NCBI GenBank assembly: GCA_963719465.1
Contig: OY970386.1
Location: 857,451-921,450 of the forward strand
Origin: an uncultured Chloroflexia bacterium
Lineage (GTDB): Bacteria; Chloroflexota; Dehalococcoidia; DSTF01; JALHUB01
Length of the DNA: 64,000 nt
Direction of reading: 5' to 3'
Numbering within the stretch: position 1 is the stretch's first letter; the number at the start of each line of letters is the position of its first letter. Of this stretch, positions 28,670-40,607 are shown in pieces. The translations under genes and the position numbers were made by a program. The notes under the pieces were generated by a model. It did no database searches. It was not told the DNA's origin and was given only the letters and a program-made list of their open reading frames with translations.

Positions 28670-28841
28670 GAGCGAAAAAGGGAGTAGTCGTCTTAGCAGA
28701 TGGGGGCGGCGTGTCGCGTCAAACTCAACGCTAGCGGCGCGCTCCGCGCCTGTCATTGCCTGGCCGTCAAGGGGTGAAGCTGCTGCCTTGATCGCCTCTG
28801 AAGCTGATGCTAGTATCTGCCTGCAGAAGGCGCCGGCTCAG

Positions 28842-28867
28842 GGAGGGGAATTCCCCTCCTTCTTTTG
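28842..28867 (+). terminator. Intrinsic terminator inside the 5' leader of the URO-D-family gene (attenuator or riboswitch platform?)
   Basis: GGAGGGG AATT CCCCTCC followed by TTCTTTTG, 33 nt before ATG 28900. No + strand gene lies upstream. Confidence 0.6.
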
Positions 28868-28899
28868 CCGCTGAAGGGCGCGACTTTTCGGAGAGCAAG

Positions 28900-30165
28900 A
28901 TGGCGGAGATGACCAGGCGGGAGCGGGTGAAGGCCGCGCTGAAAGGAAACGCGGTCGACCGGCCGCCGGTTTCGTTCTGGGGCCACGATTACGTTCGCGA
29001 GTGGACCGCGGGCGGGCTGGCGGAAGCGACGCTGGAGCGATTTCGACGCTACGGCTGGGATTTCGTGAAGGTGAACCCGCGCGCGACGTACTACTCCGAG
29101 GCGTGGGGAAACGCGTACCGCCGGTCTGGAGACGCGCTCCACGGTCCGGTGAACGCTTCGTACGTGCTCAAGGCGGCGCGGGACCTGAGCCGACTGGCGC
29201 CGGTGGGCGTCCGCTCGGGCCCGTTCGGCGAGCAGTTGAAGGCGCTGCGGCTGATCGGCAAGGGGCTGGCGGGCGAGGCGCCGTTCGTGCAGACGGTCTT
29301 TTCGCCGCTGTCGGTTGTCGGCCGGCTGGCGAACGGCGACCTGGGCGCGGTGCGGCGCTACATGCGGGAGCACGCGAAGGCGCTGCACGGCGCGCTGGCG
29401 GCAGTGACGGAGTCGCTGGCGGCGTACGCGGCGGCCTGCCTGGAAGCGGGGGCGGACGGCATCTTCTTCGCGACTGTCGAGTGGGCGACGTACGACGCGG
29501 CGACGGCGGAGCAGTACGCTGAGTTCGGACGGCCATATGACCTGCGGGTGCTGAAAGCGGTGGCGGGGGCGGAGTTCAACATCCTGCACGTGTGCCGAAA
29601 GCACAACATGCTGGAATCGATGCTCGACTACCCTGTGCAGGCGTTCAACTGGGCGAATCGCGACAGCGGCAACCCGAGTCTGGCGGCGATGCTGGCGAAG
29701 ACGAAACGAGCGGTGATGGGGGGCGTCGCGGTGAGGACGGTGGCGGAAGGAGCGCCGGAAGCGGTGGCCGACGAGGTCGCTCAGGCGCTGGCGGAGACGG
29801 GCGGCAAGCGCTTTCTCCTGTCCGGCGGCTGCTCGATACCGCCGCAGGCGCCGGAGGCGAACCTGCGGGCGGCGATTCAGGCGCTGCCGGTGAAGGCGTG
29901 GCGCAGACGAGCGGCAAGCGTCGTCGAAGCGCCGGCGAAGACGGTCGAGAAGCCGAAGCAGGCGTCGGCGAAAGCAGTAAAGGCGGCCGAGAAGCCGAAG
30001 CAGGCGTCGGCGAAAGCAGTAAAGGCGGCCGAGAAGCCGAAGCAGGCGTCGGCGGCGAAAGCAGTAAAGGCGGCCGGGAAGCCGAAGCGCGGACGGGCGT
30101 CGTCGTCGGCAGGAGCTAAGGCGCGTCCGAAGCCGACGCCGCGCACGCGGGCGACGAAGCGATGA
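28900..30165 (+). CDS. Uroporphyrinogen-decarboxylase-family methyltransferase (MtaA/CmuA-like) with a Lys/Ala-rich repeat tail
   Basis: RERVKAALKGNAVDRPPV...FFATVEW...SGGCSIPPQAP is typical of the URO-D/MtaA fold. C-terminal (AEKPKQASAKAVKA)x3. Confidence 0.75.
   Translation: MAEMTRRERVKAALKGNAVDRPPVSFWGHDYVREWTAGGLAEATLERFRRYGWDFVKVNPRATYYSEAWGNAYRRSGDALHGPVNASYVLKAARDLSRLAPVGVRSGPFGEQLKALRLIGKGLAGEAPFVQTVFSPLSVVGRLANGDLGAVRRYMREHAKALHGALAAVTESLAAYAAACLEAGADGIFFATVEWATYDAATAEQYAEFGRPYDLRVLKAVAGAEFNILHVCRKHNMLESMLDYPVQAFNWANRDSGNPSLAAMLAKTKRAVMGGVAVRTVAEGAPEAVADEVAQALAETGGKRFLLSGGCSIPPQAPEANLRAAIQALPVKAWRRRAASVVEAPAKTVEKPKQASAKAVKAAEKPKQASAKAVKAAEKPKQASAAKAVKAAGKPKRGRASSSAGAKARPKPTPRTRATKR
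29947..30090 (+). repeat. 42-nt near-perfect tandem repeat (about 3.3 copies) encoding EKPKQASAKAVKAA
   Basis: GAGAAGCCGAAGCAGGCGTCGGCGAAAGCAGTAAAGGCGGCC repeated head to tail. Confidence 0.9.
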
Positions 30166-31121
30166 CGGGCATCGAGCCGCTGGCGGAGCTTCGGGTCGAA
30201 GGGCTGACCAGGGAGACGGCGCTGACGGTGGGCGTGTTCGACGGGGTGCACCGCGGGCACCTGCTGCTGCTGCGGACGCTGCAAGAACGGGCGCGGGCGC
30301 GCGGCCTGGCGACGAGCGTGATCACGCTGCATCCGCATCCGGCGCTGGTGCTGAACCCGGATGCGGGAATCTTTTATCTCACGAGCCTGGAGGAGAGGAT
30401 GCGGCTGCTGCGGGCCAGCGGCGTCGATTTCGTGCTGTCGCTGACGTTCACGGCGGCGGTGGCGCATCTTTCGGCGACGGATTTCCTCAAGGCGCTGCGG
30501 GAGCGGCTGCGAATGCGCTTTCTGCTGGCGGGGCCGGATTTCGCGCTGGGACGCGGTCGCGAGGGCGGCGGCGAGGCGCTGAAGCGGATGGGCGCGGAGG
30601 CCGGCTTCGAGGTGGAGTCGGTCGGGCCGCTGGTGGAAGACGGGCTGGTCATCAGCTCGTCGGCGATCCGGGCGGCGCTGGACGCGGGCGACATCGGGCA
30701 CGTGAACCGACTGCTGGGACGGCCGTTCTCGCTGGGCGGGCCGGTTGTGAGCGGCGTCGAGCGGGGGCGGGTGATCGGCTTTCCGACGGCGAACATCGCG
30801 GTCGGGTCGGGGCTGGCGCTGCCGCCGTTCGGCGTGTACGTGACGCGGGCGTGGCTTGAAGGCGAAAGCTACCGGTCGGTGACGGCGATCGGAAAGCGGC
30901 CGACGTTCGAGGATGGTGAACGTACGGTCGAGGTGCATATAATGGACTTCGGCGGGGACCTCTACGGACGAGAGCTACGGATCGACGTGCTGAAGCGGCT
31001 GCGCGGCGAGGAGCGTTTCGCGAGCGCGGAGGCGCTGATCGAGCAGATCGGCAAGGACGTTGAGGCGGCGCGGCATTATTTCGACAGCGCGCCCGAGGCC
31101 AGCGATGAAACCCCCGCCTAA
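30162..31121 (+). CDS. ribF: Bifunctional riboflavin kinase / FAD synthetase
   Basis: GVFDGVHRGH, then GFPTANI...G RPTF E...VEVH..DF.GDLYG motifs. Confidence 0.9.
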   Translation: MTGIEPLAELRVEGLTRETALTVGVFDGVHRGHLLLLRTLQERARARGLATSVITLHPHPALVLNPDAGIFYLTSLEERMRLLRASGVDFVLSLTFTAAVAHLSATDFLKALRERLRMRFLLAGPDFALGRGREGGGEALKRMGAEAGFEVESVGPLVEDGLVISSSAIRAALDAGDIGHVNRLLGRPFSLGGPVVSGVERGRVIGFPTANIAVGSGLALPPFGVYVTRAWLEGESYRSVTAIGKRPTFEDGERTVEVHIMDFGGDLYGRELRIDVLKRLRGEERFASAEALIEQIGKDVEAARHYFDSAPEASDETPA

Positions 31122-31132
31122 CGAGTGTGTTG

Positions 31133-32503
31133 GCTATGCCTTCGATTGAAGAGCAGGTACAGCTTCTAATGCGCGGCGTCGTCTACGGCGACGAGGGCGT
31201 GGCGCGCGCGATGGAGAGCGAGTTGCGGGAGCGGCTCTCCGAGGGGCGGCCGCTGCGGGTGTACCTTGGCATCGACCCGACGGCGCCGGACCTGACGCTC
31301 GGGCATACGGTGCCGATGCGGAAGCTGCGCCAGTTTCAGCGGCTGGGCCACGAGGCGATCCTGCTCATCGGCGGGTTCACGGCGCTGGTGGGCGACCCGA
31401 GCGACAAGGAGTCGACGCGGCCGATGCTGACGCTGGCGGAGATCGAGGCGAACGCGCAGACGTACACGGAGCAGGCGTTCAAGGTGCTCGACCGGGAACA
31501 CACGATCATCCGCAACAACGCGGAGTGGCTGAGCAAGCTGACGTTCGAGGAACTGATCAAGATCGCGTCGCATTTTACGGTCGGGCAGTTCATGCAGCGG
31601 GACAACTTCTCGAAGCGGCGGGAGCGCGGCGAGCCGATCTACGTGCACGAGTTCTTCTACGCGTTCATGCAGGCTTATGACGCGGTGTCGCTTCAGACGG
31701 ACGCGCAGATAGGCGCGACGGAGCAGCTCTTCAACCTGATGGCGGGCCGGACGCTGCAACGGGCGTACGGGCAGCCGCCGCAGATTGCTATCTGCATGCC
31801 GATACTGGTCGGGACGGACGGGCAGCTGCGGATGTCGAAGACGCAGGGGAACTACATTGCGCTGAACGACCCGCCGGAGGAGATGTACGGGAAGGTGATG
31901 TCGCTGCCGGACGGCGTGATGCTGGACTACTTTACGCTGGTGACGGACACACCTCAGGAGGAGATCGAGGAGATGCGGCGGAAGCTGGAAGAGCGATCGG
32001 TGAACCCGATGGAGGTGAAGAAGCGGCTGGCGCGGGAGATCGTGACGGACCTGCATGGCGCGGAGTCGGCGCAAGAGGCGGAGGGGGCGTTCGAGCGAAC
32101 GTTCCAGAGGGGAGAGGAGCCCGAGAAGCTCGTCGAGTTTAGGATACCGTTCGGCGAGTACGAGTCAGTCATCCATATTTCGGCGGGAAAGAGTGCTTCG
32201 AGAGCGGCCCCGGATGTACGTTTGGTTCATCCCGATGGCACGACCGTCCTCGTCCATGTGGAGTCGAGCACTCGCGCCGAGGGGGCAATCCCCGTCGACA
32301 AGGTCCGCATCCACCTGGCACACCTCATTGCGGCCGCAGATTTCGCTCGCAGCACGAGCGAAGCGCGCAGCCTTGTGGAGCAGGGGGCGGTAGATGTCGA
32401 TGGCAAGCCTGAGCAGGGATTCTACGCCCTCGTCGGGGATGGTTCCGTGATCCGAGTTGGAAAGCACCGGTTCGTGCGGATTGTGGATTCGGACAAGGCG
32501 TAG
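31133..32503 (+). CDS. tyrS: Tyrosine--tRNA ligase
   Basis: HIGH-type LTLGHTVP, KMSKS-type RMSKTQG, and a C-terminal S4-like STSEARSLVEQGAVDVDG. Confidence 0.85.
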   Translation, partial: AMPSIEEQVQLLMRGVVYGDEGVARAMESELRERLSEGRPLRVYLGIDPTAPDLTLGHTVPMRKLRQFQRLGHEAILLIGGFTALVGDPSDKESTRPMLTLAEIEANAQTYTEQAFKVLDREHTIIRNNAEWLSKLTFEELIKIASHFTVGQFMQRDNFSKRRERGEPIYVHEFFYAFMQAYDAVSLQTDAQIGATEQLFNLMAGRTLQRAYGQPPQIAICMPILVGTDGQLRMSKTQGNYIALNDPPEEMYGKVMSLPDGVMLDYFTLVTDTPQEEIEEMRRKLEERSVNPMEVKKRLAREIVTDLHGAESAQEAEGAFERTFQRGEEPEKLVEFRIPFGEYESVIHISAGKSASRAAPDVRLVHPDGTTVLVHVESSTRAEGAIPVDKVRIHLAHLIAAADFARSTSEARSLVEQGAVDVDGKPEQGFYALVGDGSVIRVGKHRFVRIVDSDKA

Positions 32504-32516
32504 GAAGCGGGCGCAC

Positions 32517-32544
32517 GGGAGGACTAAAGTCCTCCCCTACATTG
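32517..32544 (+). repeat. REP-like hairpin + CTAC element
   Basis: GGGAGGACT AAA GTCCTCCC CTACATTG. Twin of 52573..52598. Confidence 0.6.
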
Positions 32545-32683
32545 TCAATCTAGAGGCGTCGCAGGCGGGCAGAAGCCGGTCGGGCGAGACCCCGACGGGC
32601 AGGCCGCCCGACCTACGCGGTAAGTGGTAGGCGGGCAAGCGGGGTATGGCGTGGACTTCGATTTTCAGATAGACCTGGCGGAG

Positions 32684-33136
32684 ATGGCGAACTCGCTGGA
32701 TACGGCGGAGGTGGTGGCGCTGTACTTTCCGCTGCTCCGCAAGACGCTCATCGTCGATGGGCGCTCCAACGCCGTCGACGCGCCGATGGTGAAGATCGTC
32801 GAGATGGTGGCGACGCCGGAGGAGCGCTTCCGATCGCTGAGGCGGCTGCGGCCGCGCTTCCCAAAGCCGGACAGCCTGACGCTCATCCCCTGGCCGAAGT
32901 ACGTGGAGAGCCTGGTAAGCCTGGGAATGTGGCAGCACCTGGTTGAGCGATTCGTGAACCTGGGGTTTCCAGACATGGTGAAGGAATGCCAGTCGTGCTA
33001 CGAGGAGCTGCTGGCGCAGGAGAAGGGGGAGATCCAGCGGGCGCTGGTCGGCGAGAACTACAAGTCGGTCTGGGAGGCGAAGCCGGGCGACTGGCAGGCG
33101 ACAGACGAGGAGCCGGAGGACGACTCCGGAATGTGA
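32684..33136 (+). CDS. Hypothetical acidic protein
   Basis: Coding-like ORF (listed from GTG 32624). No recognisable motif. Start uncertain. Confidence 0.45.
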   Translation: MANSLDTAEVVALYFPLLRKTLIVDGRSNAVDAPMVKIVEMVATPEERFRSLRRLRPRFPKPDSLTLIPWPKYVESLVSLGMWQHLVERFVNLGFPDMVKECQSCYEELLAQEKGEIQRALVGENYKSVWEAKPGDWQATDEEPEDDSGM

Positions 33137-33191
33137 GGCTTGGCGGGACCCGACCCCTTCGGCGGCCGCTGGCGGTGATTCGGCTTAGCTT

Positions 33192-35333
33192 CTATTTCGC
33201 CCGCCAGCGCCTCCTGGCGTAGAAAGCGCCAGACGTTAGCAGCAGCACAGCGACCGCAGCAATTCCCCCAAGAGCGAACGGCGCCGTCGACGGAGAGCCG
33301 GCTGTCTGCTGGAGCGACGCGTCCGGCGCGTCGGCCAAGCCACCGACGGCAGGGAAGGGCGTGCGCGTGGGGGTAGGGCCGGTCGTGGGCGTTGGGGTGG
33401 GCGTCGATACGCTGGTGCAGCCGGCAGCGACAGCGGCGTTATAGGCGTCGATGAGCCCGTAGCCGAAGGTGTTGTTGGGGATAGGCGACCCCAGCGCGAC
33501 GGCGCTGCTGAGTATGTAGTTGCGCAAGTCTGTGCGGGCCGTCGAGGCCGGGACGGAGCCACCCGATTTCAGGTCCGGACGGCACTGGAGGAGAAGCGCG
33601 GCGACGGCGGCAACGTGCGGGGCGGCAGCGGAAGTGCCGCCGAACTGCTTTCCGGTCACCTGGCAGCTTCCGTAACCGAAGCCGCCGGCGCCCGACACGC
33701 AGACGTTGTCGATGCCGGTGATGTCTGGTTTGATGCGGCCGTCGTTCGTTGTGCCGCGGCCGCTATATGGCTCGATCGTGTCGTGCCCCGGATTCGCCTG
33801 GTCGATGGCACCGACGGAGACGACACCGTTGCCGGCGTCGGACTGGTTGGGAACGCTGCTCGATAGCGTGTTGAAATTGAGAAGGGCATCATTTGGGAAG
33901 AGAGTCGCTCCGCTGAGGGGGACGAGGAACAGGTCAAGGGTGCGCAACGCGGCCCCCGAGTGCTTCTGGACCGCGATGGCATAGTCATGCACGGCCCCCG
34001 TCGTGTTGTGCCAGTACAGACTTTCCACGGGGTTGCCGCTGCCGTTCTGAACGTTCGTGCTGGACTGCAATAGTGTCCCGTTCTGGTCGTCATAGAGGTA
34101 CAGGTCGTAGTCATTGCCCGAGTGCCCCCAGGAGTCGTTCCACTGGAGGAACACGTATGCATCACCGTCCGTCTGGAGTTCGAACTCGTCCACGGGGAAA
34201 GGTCCCCTGCCCAGGGCGTCGGTGGTGTTGGCCGTGGCCTGGAACTTGTTCCACCCGGAGTAGGTACCGCCATAATCTGTGAATTGCTCCTGGTAGTGCG
34301 CCCAAGCGTCGTTTCCCACGGCCGTTGTATAGAACCGGATAGGGTTGCCCGCCAGGTTGAGCTGGGTTGACGTATTGCTCGAGACGGCGCTGGTGCCGTC
34401 GTAAGGGCCGGCGTTGAAGAAGCTGACGTCATCAACAACCACGTCGGTGTGAGCGGCAAGGCAGGTCACGGCGTTAGGGAAGTCGAGGGATGTCGCGGAG
34501 GCGGCGAAGTATAGCTGGGCGCCGGGGGCGATATCGTGGACAATCTCAAGCATGGCGGTCCCCTCGCCTTTTCCCAAGGTGGTCGGGTTGCCACCCAGGA
34601 CGTTGCAGGTGGAGGTGTCGACGGAGCCGAGGTCGCCGGTTGCCTGGGAGGCGGCGAGCCCGAGGACGCCGTCGGAGATGACGCCGACTTTGACCCCGGC
34701 GCCGCTAACGCCGAAGGTGGAGCGGGCAAGGTTGGCGCGGATGATTGCATCGCCTTCCGTCGTCACGGAGCCGGTCTGGAAGAAGGCGTAGTCGGGGAGG
34801 CGCACCGACTCGACGGTGGTCGAGGCGGCCAGCGTGCTGAGCGCGTTCGGAGACACCCAGCCCTGCACGAGGGTGAGGTCGTTGGATACCCGCTCCACGG
34901 TCAGTCCGGCCGCCTGCAGGGCGTTGAGGAGCGCAGCGTCGGCGGCGGCGACTTTCACGTAGACCTGCACGTCGCCGGCGGCGTTAATGCGCATCGCTTT
35001 GCCCTGGACAAGCGGCTTCAGGTCGTCGGGGAGCTGGTCCGGCAGGTGGATGCCTTTGGGCTGGCCCTGTTGCACGGCAGCGGCTGCGGCGTCGCGCAAT
35101 TCGGCTAGGGGAGACGCGAGCTTGGGGTCCTGGGGGTGCAACGGGACGGCCGGCGAGAAGTTGGAGACCGTCGGTAGAGACGACGCGACCGGTATGCGCG
35201 TGACCAACGGCGCGGGCGTCGGCGGCGGGGCACCGGAGGCGGGCGGACTGCCGGTCCCGACGTAGCCAATAGCAAATACGAAGATCAGCGACAGCGTGAT
35301 GATCAGATATCTCACCAGGGTTCGAGCGTTCAT
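33192..35333 (-). CDS. Secreted subtilisin-like (S8) serine protease with a C-terminal sorting/anchor domain
   Basis: Catalytic triad contexts VGVISDG (Asp), GTAMLEIVHDIAPG (His) and GGTSAAAPHVAAVAALL (Ser). Signal peptide. PT linker, VGGLADAPD, TM, YARRRWRAK. Confidence 0.85.
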   Translation of the reverse strand: MNARTLVRYLIITLSLIFVFAIGYVGTGSPPASGAPPPTPAPLVTRIPVASSLPTVSNFSPAVPLHPQDPKLASPLAELRDAAAAAVQQGQPKGIHLPDQLPDDLKPLVQGKAMRINAAGDVQVYVKVAAADAALLNALQAAGLTVERVSNDLTLVQGWVSPNALSTLAASTTVESVRLPDYAFFQTGSVTTEGDAIIRANLARSTFGVSGAGVKVGVISDGVLGLAASQATGDLGSVDTSTCNVLGGNPTTLGKGEGTAMLEIVHDIAPGAQLYFAASATSLDFPNAVTCLAAHTDVVVDDVSFFNAGPYDGTSAVSSNTSTQLNLAGNPIRFYTTAVGNDAWAHYQEQFTDYGGTYSGWNKFQATANTTDALGRGPFPVDEFELQTDGDAYVFLQWNDSWGHSGNDYDLYLYDDQNGTLLQSSTNVQNGSGNPVESLYWHNTTGAVHDYAIAVQKHSGAALRTLDLFLVPLSGATLFPNDALLNFNTLSSSVPNQSDAGNGVVSVGAIDQANPGHDTIEPYSGRGTTNDGRIKPDITGIDNVCVSGAGGFGYGSCQVTGKQFGGTSAAAPHVAAVAALLLQCRPDLKSGGSVPASTARTDLRNYILSSAVALGSPIPNNTFGYGLIDAYNAAVAAGCTSVSTPTPTPTTGPTPTRTPFPAVGGLADAPDASLQQTAGSPSTAPFALGGIAAVAVLLLTSGAFYARRRWRAK

Positions 35334-35538
35334 GCTTCCACCTCCGGAGACTCGTTCGGTAACGGGAGTTATCGCTGGTGCGGGATCATAGCCTCGTCGC
35401 GACGCTAACTCGAAGAGGGCTGGCCACCGGGTTGTAGGCTATACTATCGTTATCGCGTTGTCAATAGCGCGGGCGGCAAAAACGGCAGCACTACGCCGAG
35501 GAGCGTCCGGCTGGTAAAATCGGGGCGAATCGGGCAGC

Positions 35539-35567
35539 TTGAATTCCGCCTCCGGCGAGACTATTCT
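35539..35567 (+). promoter_or_regulatory. Putative sigma70-type promoter of hsp20
   Basis: TTGAAT, 17-nt spacer, TATTCT. About 50 nt upstream of the RBS. Confidence 0.35.
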
Positions 35568-35618
35568 GAGTTTAGGGGGATTCTTCGTCGCGGGGAGGCG
35601 ACCGAAGGAGGAACGACA

Positions 35619-36074
35619 ATGATCCGCAGCAGGGCGTTCGCCGAATTCGAGCGATTGCACGAGCAGATGGAGCAGATGTGGCGACGGCTGTCGGAAGGGG
35701 CGTCCGGAAGGTCGCGCTTCTGCAGTCCGACGCTGGCGCCGCCTACGGACGTCTACGAGACGGCGGACGAGGTGGTGATAGTGGCTGAGATCGCCGGCAT
35801 CGACGAGCAGGAGGTCGAGGTCGAGATCGAGGGGGACCGACTGAGGTTCCACGGCGAGAAGGTGGACCGGGAGGCGCATCCGGCGCGGCGACATACGCAG
35901 ATGGAGATATGCTACGGCCTTTTCGGGCGGTCGCTGGTGCTGCCGGCGCGGGTCGACGCCTCGCAGGCGAAGGTGACGTACGGCGACGGATTCCTGCGCA
36001 TCGTCCTGCCTAAGGTGCCGGAACAGCCGCCTCATCACGTGCGAGTGGCTGTCCGCAAGGCGAGTAGTCAGTAG
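35619..36074 (+). CDS. Hsp20/alpha-crystallin family small heat-shock protein
   Basis: PPTDVYETADEVVIVAEIAGI...GLFGRSLVLP...YGDGFLRIVLPK. Confidence 0.9.
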   Translation: MIRSRAFAEFERLHEQMEQMWRRLSEGASGRSRFCSPTLAPPTDVYETADEVVIVAEIAGIDEQEVEVEIEGDRLRFHGEKVDREAHPARRHTQMEICYGLFGRSLVLPARVDASQAKVTYGDGFLRIVLPKVPEQPPHHVRVAVRKASSQ

Positions 36075-36090
36075 CTCCGGGGGAATTGCC

Positions 36091-38493
<2,403 letters not shown>

Positions 38494-38615
38494 CGCCGTC
38501 CACCAATTGCTCGATACGCTTTCGGCGGCTAGCGGTACCCAAGCATTGCATGTTGGACTGTTCTTTCTTACAATGAAGTAAGACTTGTAATTCTTACCGA
38601 GAAGAAAGGACCGAA

Positions 38616-38846
38616 ATGGGGGCCAGAACCAGGGTCACGAGCAAAGGACAAGTGACGATTCCCAAGGATGTTCGTGATCGGCTGGGACTGAGGGCGGGGG
38701 ACGAGATCGAGTTCGTCGACGACCGCGGCAGCTTTCGCGTGCAGAAGCGCGTCGTGGCCTCCCCGTTTCGGAAGTATCGCGGCCGGCTGAAGCGATTAGC
38801 GGGACGGAGTCCCGACGATCTCGTTGAGGGGATGCGCGGCCGATGA
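38616..38846 (+). CDS. AbrB/SpoVT-domain antitoxin (VapB-like)
   Basis: [21 protein letters not shown]. Overlaps the PIN gene by 4 nt (ATGA). Confidence 0.8.
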   Translation: MGARTRVTSKGQVTIPKDVRDRLGLRAGDEIEFVDDRGSFRVQKRVVASPFRKYRGRLKRLAGRSPDDLVEGMRGR

Positions 38847-39313
38847 TCACGGCCATCGACACGAACGTCCTTCTCGACGTGCTTATTCCGAACGCGCCGC
38901 ACGGGGACGAGTCTGAGCGGGGGCTGGGCGACGCGGTTCGCGCGGGGGCTCTGGTTATCAGCGGTCCGGTATATGCTGAGCTGGCCGCGTTCTTCGAAGG
39001 TAAGGACGGATTGGACGGGTTCCTGCAGGACACGGGGATCCGCCTCGATTCGCCGGGCAGCGATGCGCTTCATGCCGCGGGCGAGGCCTGGAAACGGTAC
39101 CTGCGGCGGCGTCCTGTCGGTCTTGTCTGTCCGAATTGCGGGACGGCTCAGACAGTCTACTGCGAGAAATGCGGCGCCAAGGTCCAACCGCGCCAGCACG
39201 TCGTGGCGGATTTCGTCATCGGGGCGCACGCGCTGACGCAGGCGGACAGGCTTCTTTCGCGCGATCGGGGTTTCTACCAGACCTATTTCCCCGCCTTGAA
39301 GGTGGAGGCCTGA
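38843..39313 (+). CDS. PIN-domain toxin (VapC-like) with an embedded CxxC...CxxC zinc ribbon
   Basis: [14 protein letters not shown] and late acidic DFVIGAHA. Insert [16 protein letters not shown]. Confidence 0.75.
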   Translation: MITAIDTNVLLDVLIPNAPHGDESERGLGDAVRAGALVISGPVYAELAAFFEGKDGLDGFLQDTGIRLDSPGSDALHAAGEAWKRYLRRRPVGLVCPNCGTAQTVYCEKCGAKVQPRQHVVADFVIGAHALTQADRLLSRDRGFYQTYFPALKVEA

Positions 39314-39418
39314 CCGGCGTCCGAACCTCTCCGCGCCTGATTGCTCTTTTCTGGCTCAGTCCTTAGTCTAGGGGCGTATTCGAGGAGCGAAACCCCACGG
39401 ATTCAGGGAGGCAGACCG

Positions 39419-40400
39419 ATGCTCGAGACGCGCATAACCAAGCTGTTTGGCATCAAGTACCCGATCCTCTGCGGCGGCATGTTCTGGGTGGGCCGGGCGG
39501 AGCTTATCGCGGCGGTGGCGAACGCCGGCGGGCTCGGCTTTCTGACGGCGGCCACGTACCCGACCATCGAGGAGCTCAGGGAAGACGTCCGCAAGGCGAA
39601 GGACCTCACCGACAAGCCTATCGGCCTGAACATCAACCTATTCGCGTCGGCGCGGCCGCAGCCAGTCGAGGAGTGGGTGCGCATCGCTATCGACGAGAAG
39701 ATCCGGGTCGTCGGAGACGTTGGGGCGCAGTCCGCAGGCGATTGTGGCACCGCTGCATGCGGGCGGCGTGAAGGTCATGCACAAGGTGCCGGGGGTGCGC
39801 TACGCGCAGACGGCGGAGCGCCTGGGCGTGGACGCGATCTGCGTTGTCGGGCACGAGGCGGGCGGGCACCCGGGCATGGACGAGGTGACGTCGCTGGTGC
39901 TGGTGCCAGCGGCGGCGGACGCGGTGAAGCTGCCGCTGGTGGCCGGCGGCGGTTTCGCGGACGGTCGCGGGCTGATGGCGGCGCTGGCGCTGGGCGCGGA
40001 CGCGGTGCTGATGGGGACGCGCTTCATGGCGACGAGGGAGTGTCGCGGGCAGGCGGCGTTCAAGGAGTGGATGGTGCATGCGGCGGAGACGGAGACGGTC
40101 TACTGCATGAAGTCGATAATGAACCCGTCGCGGCTGGCGAAGAACTCAGTGGTCGAGAAGGTGGTGGAGCTGGAGAAGAAGGGCGCGACGCTGGAGGAGA
40201 TGTTGCCGCTCATCTCGAATCAAGGGCCGGCTGTGGTGGACACGGGGAACATGGAGGACGGGCTGGTGAGCATGGGCCAGAGCGTGGGGCTGGTGCACGA
40301 CGTGCCGACGTGCAAGGAGCTCATCGACCGGATGGTGGAGGAGGCGCTGTCGGTGCAGGAGCGGCTGAGCGGCCTGGTGGGGACGAAGGCGCCGGCCTAG
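39419..40400 (+). pseudogene. Nitronate monooxygenase (NMO / 2-nitropropane dioxygenase family), apparent 1-nt insertion near 39713
   Basis: ITKLFGIKYPILCGGM...ANAGGLGFL in one frame up to ...KIRVV. The next frame continues (ETL)GRSPQAIVAPLHAGGVKV...GHEAGGH...AGGGFADGRG...GTRF. Confidence 0.8.
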
Positions 40401-40607
40401 ACGGCTAGGCAAATTGTTCGGGTAATTGATCTGTTATTGTCCGCTATAACTGCCGTCAAGGTTAGTGAAGTTTCTGCCCATTTCTTTAACAAGCATCGTC
40501 AGGCGAACCCCTCGGCATTCCACCAAATGGCTAAGATGCCAATTCCCTCTGGCTGTTAACGTCGACGATAGTAAAGACGTATTCTATTAAAGATTCCGGC
40601 CTTTTCT

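Noticed and set aside
28601-28870. A second cobalamin riboswitch upstream of the URO-D-family methyltransferase.
   Set aside because: No GGTG...CC core and no B12-box-like G(C/A)CACTG element could be found by eye. It is kept only as an unclassified leader.
28662-28874. 70-aa ORF in the methyltransferase leader.
   Set aside because: No RBS, Ser/Ala/Arg-rich composition, and it runs through the terminator hairpin.
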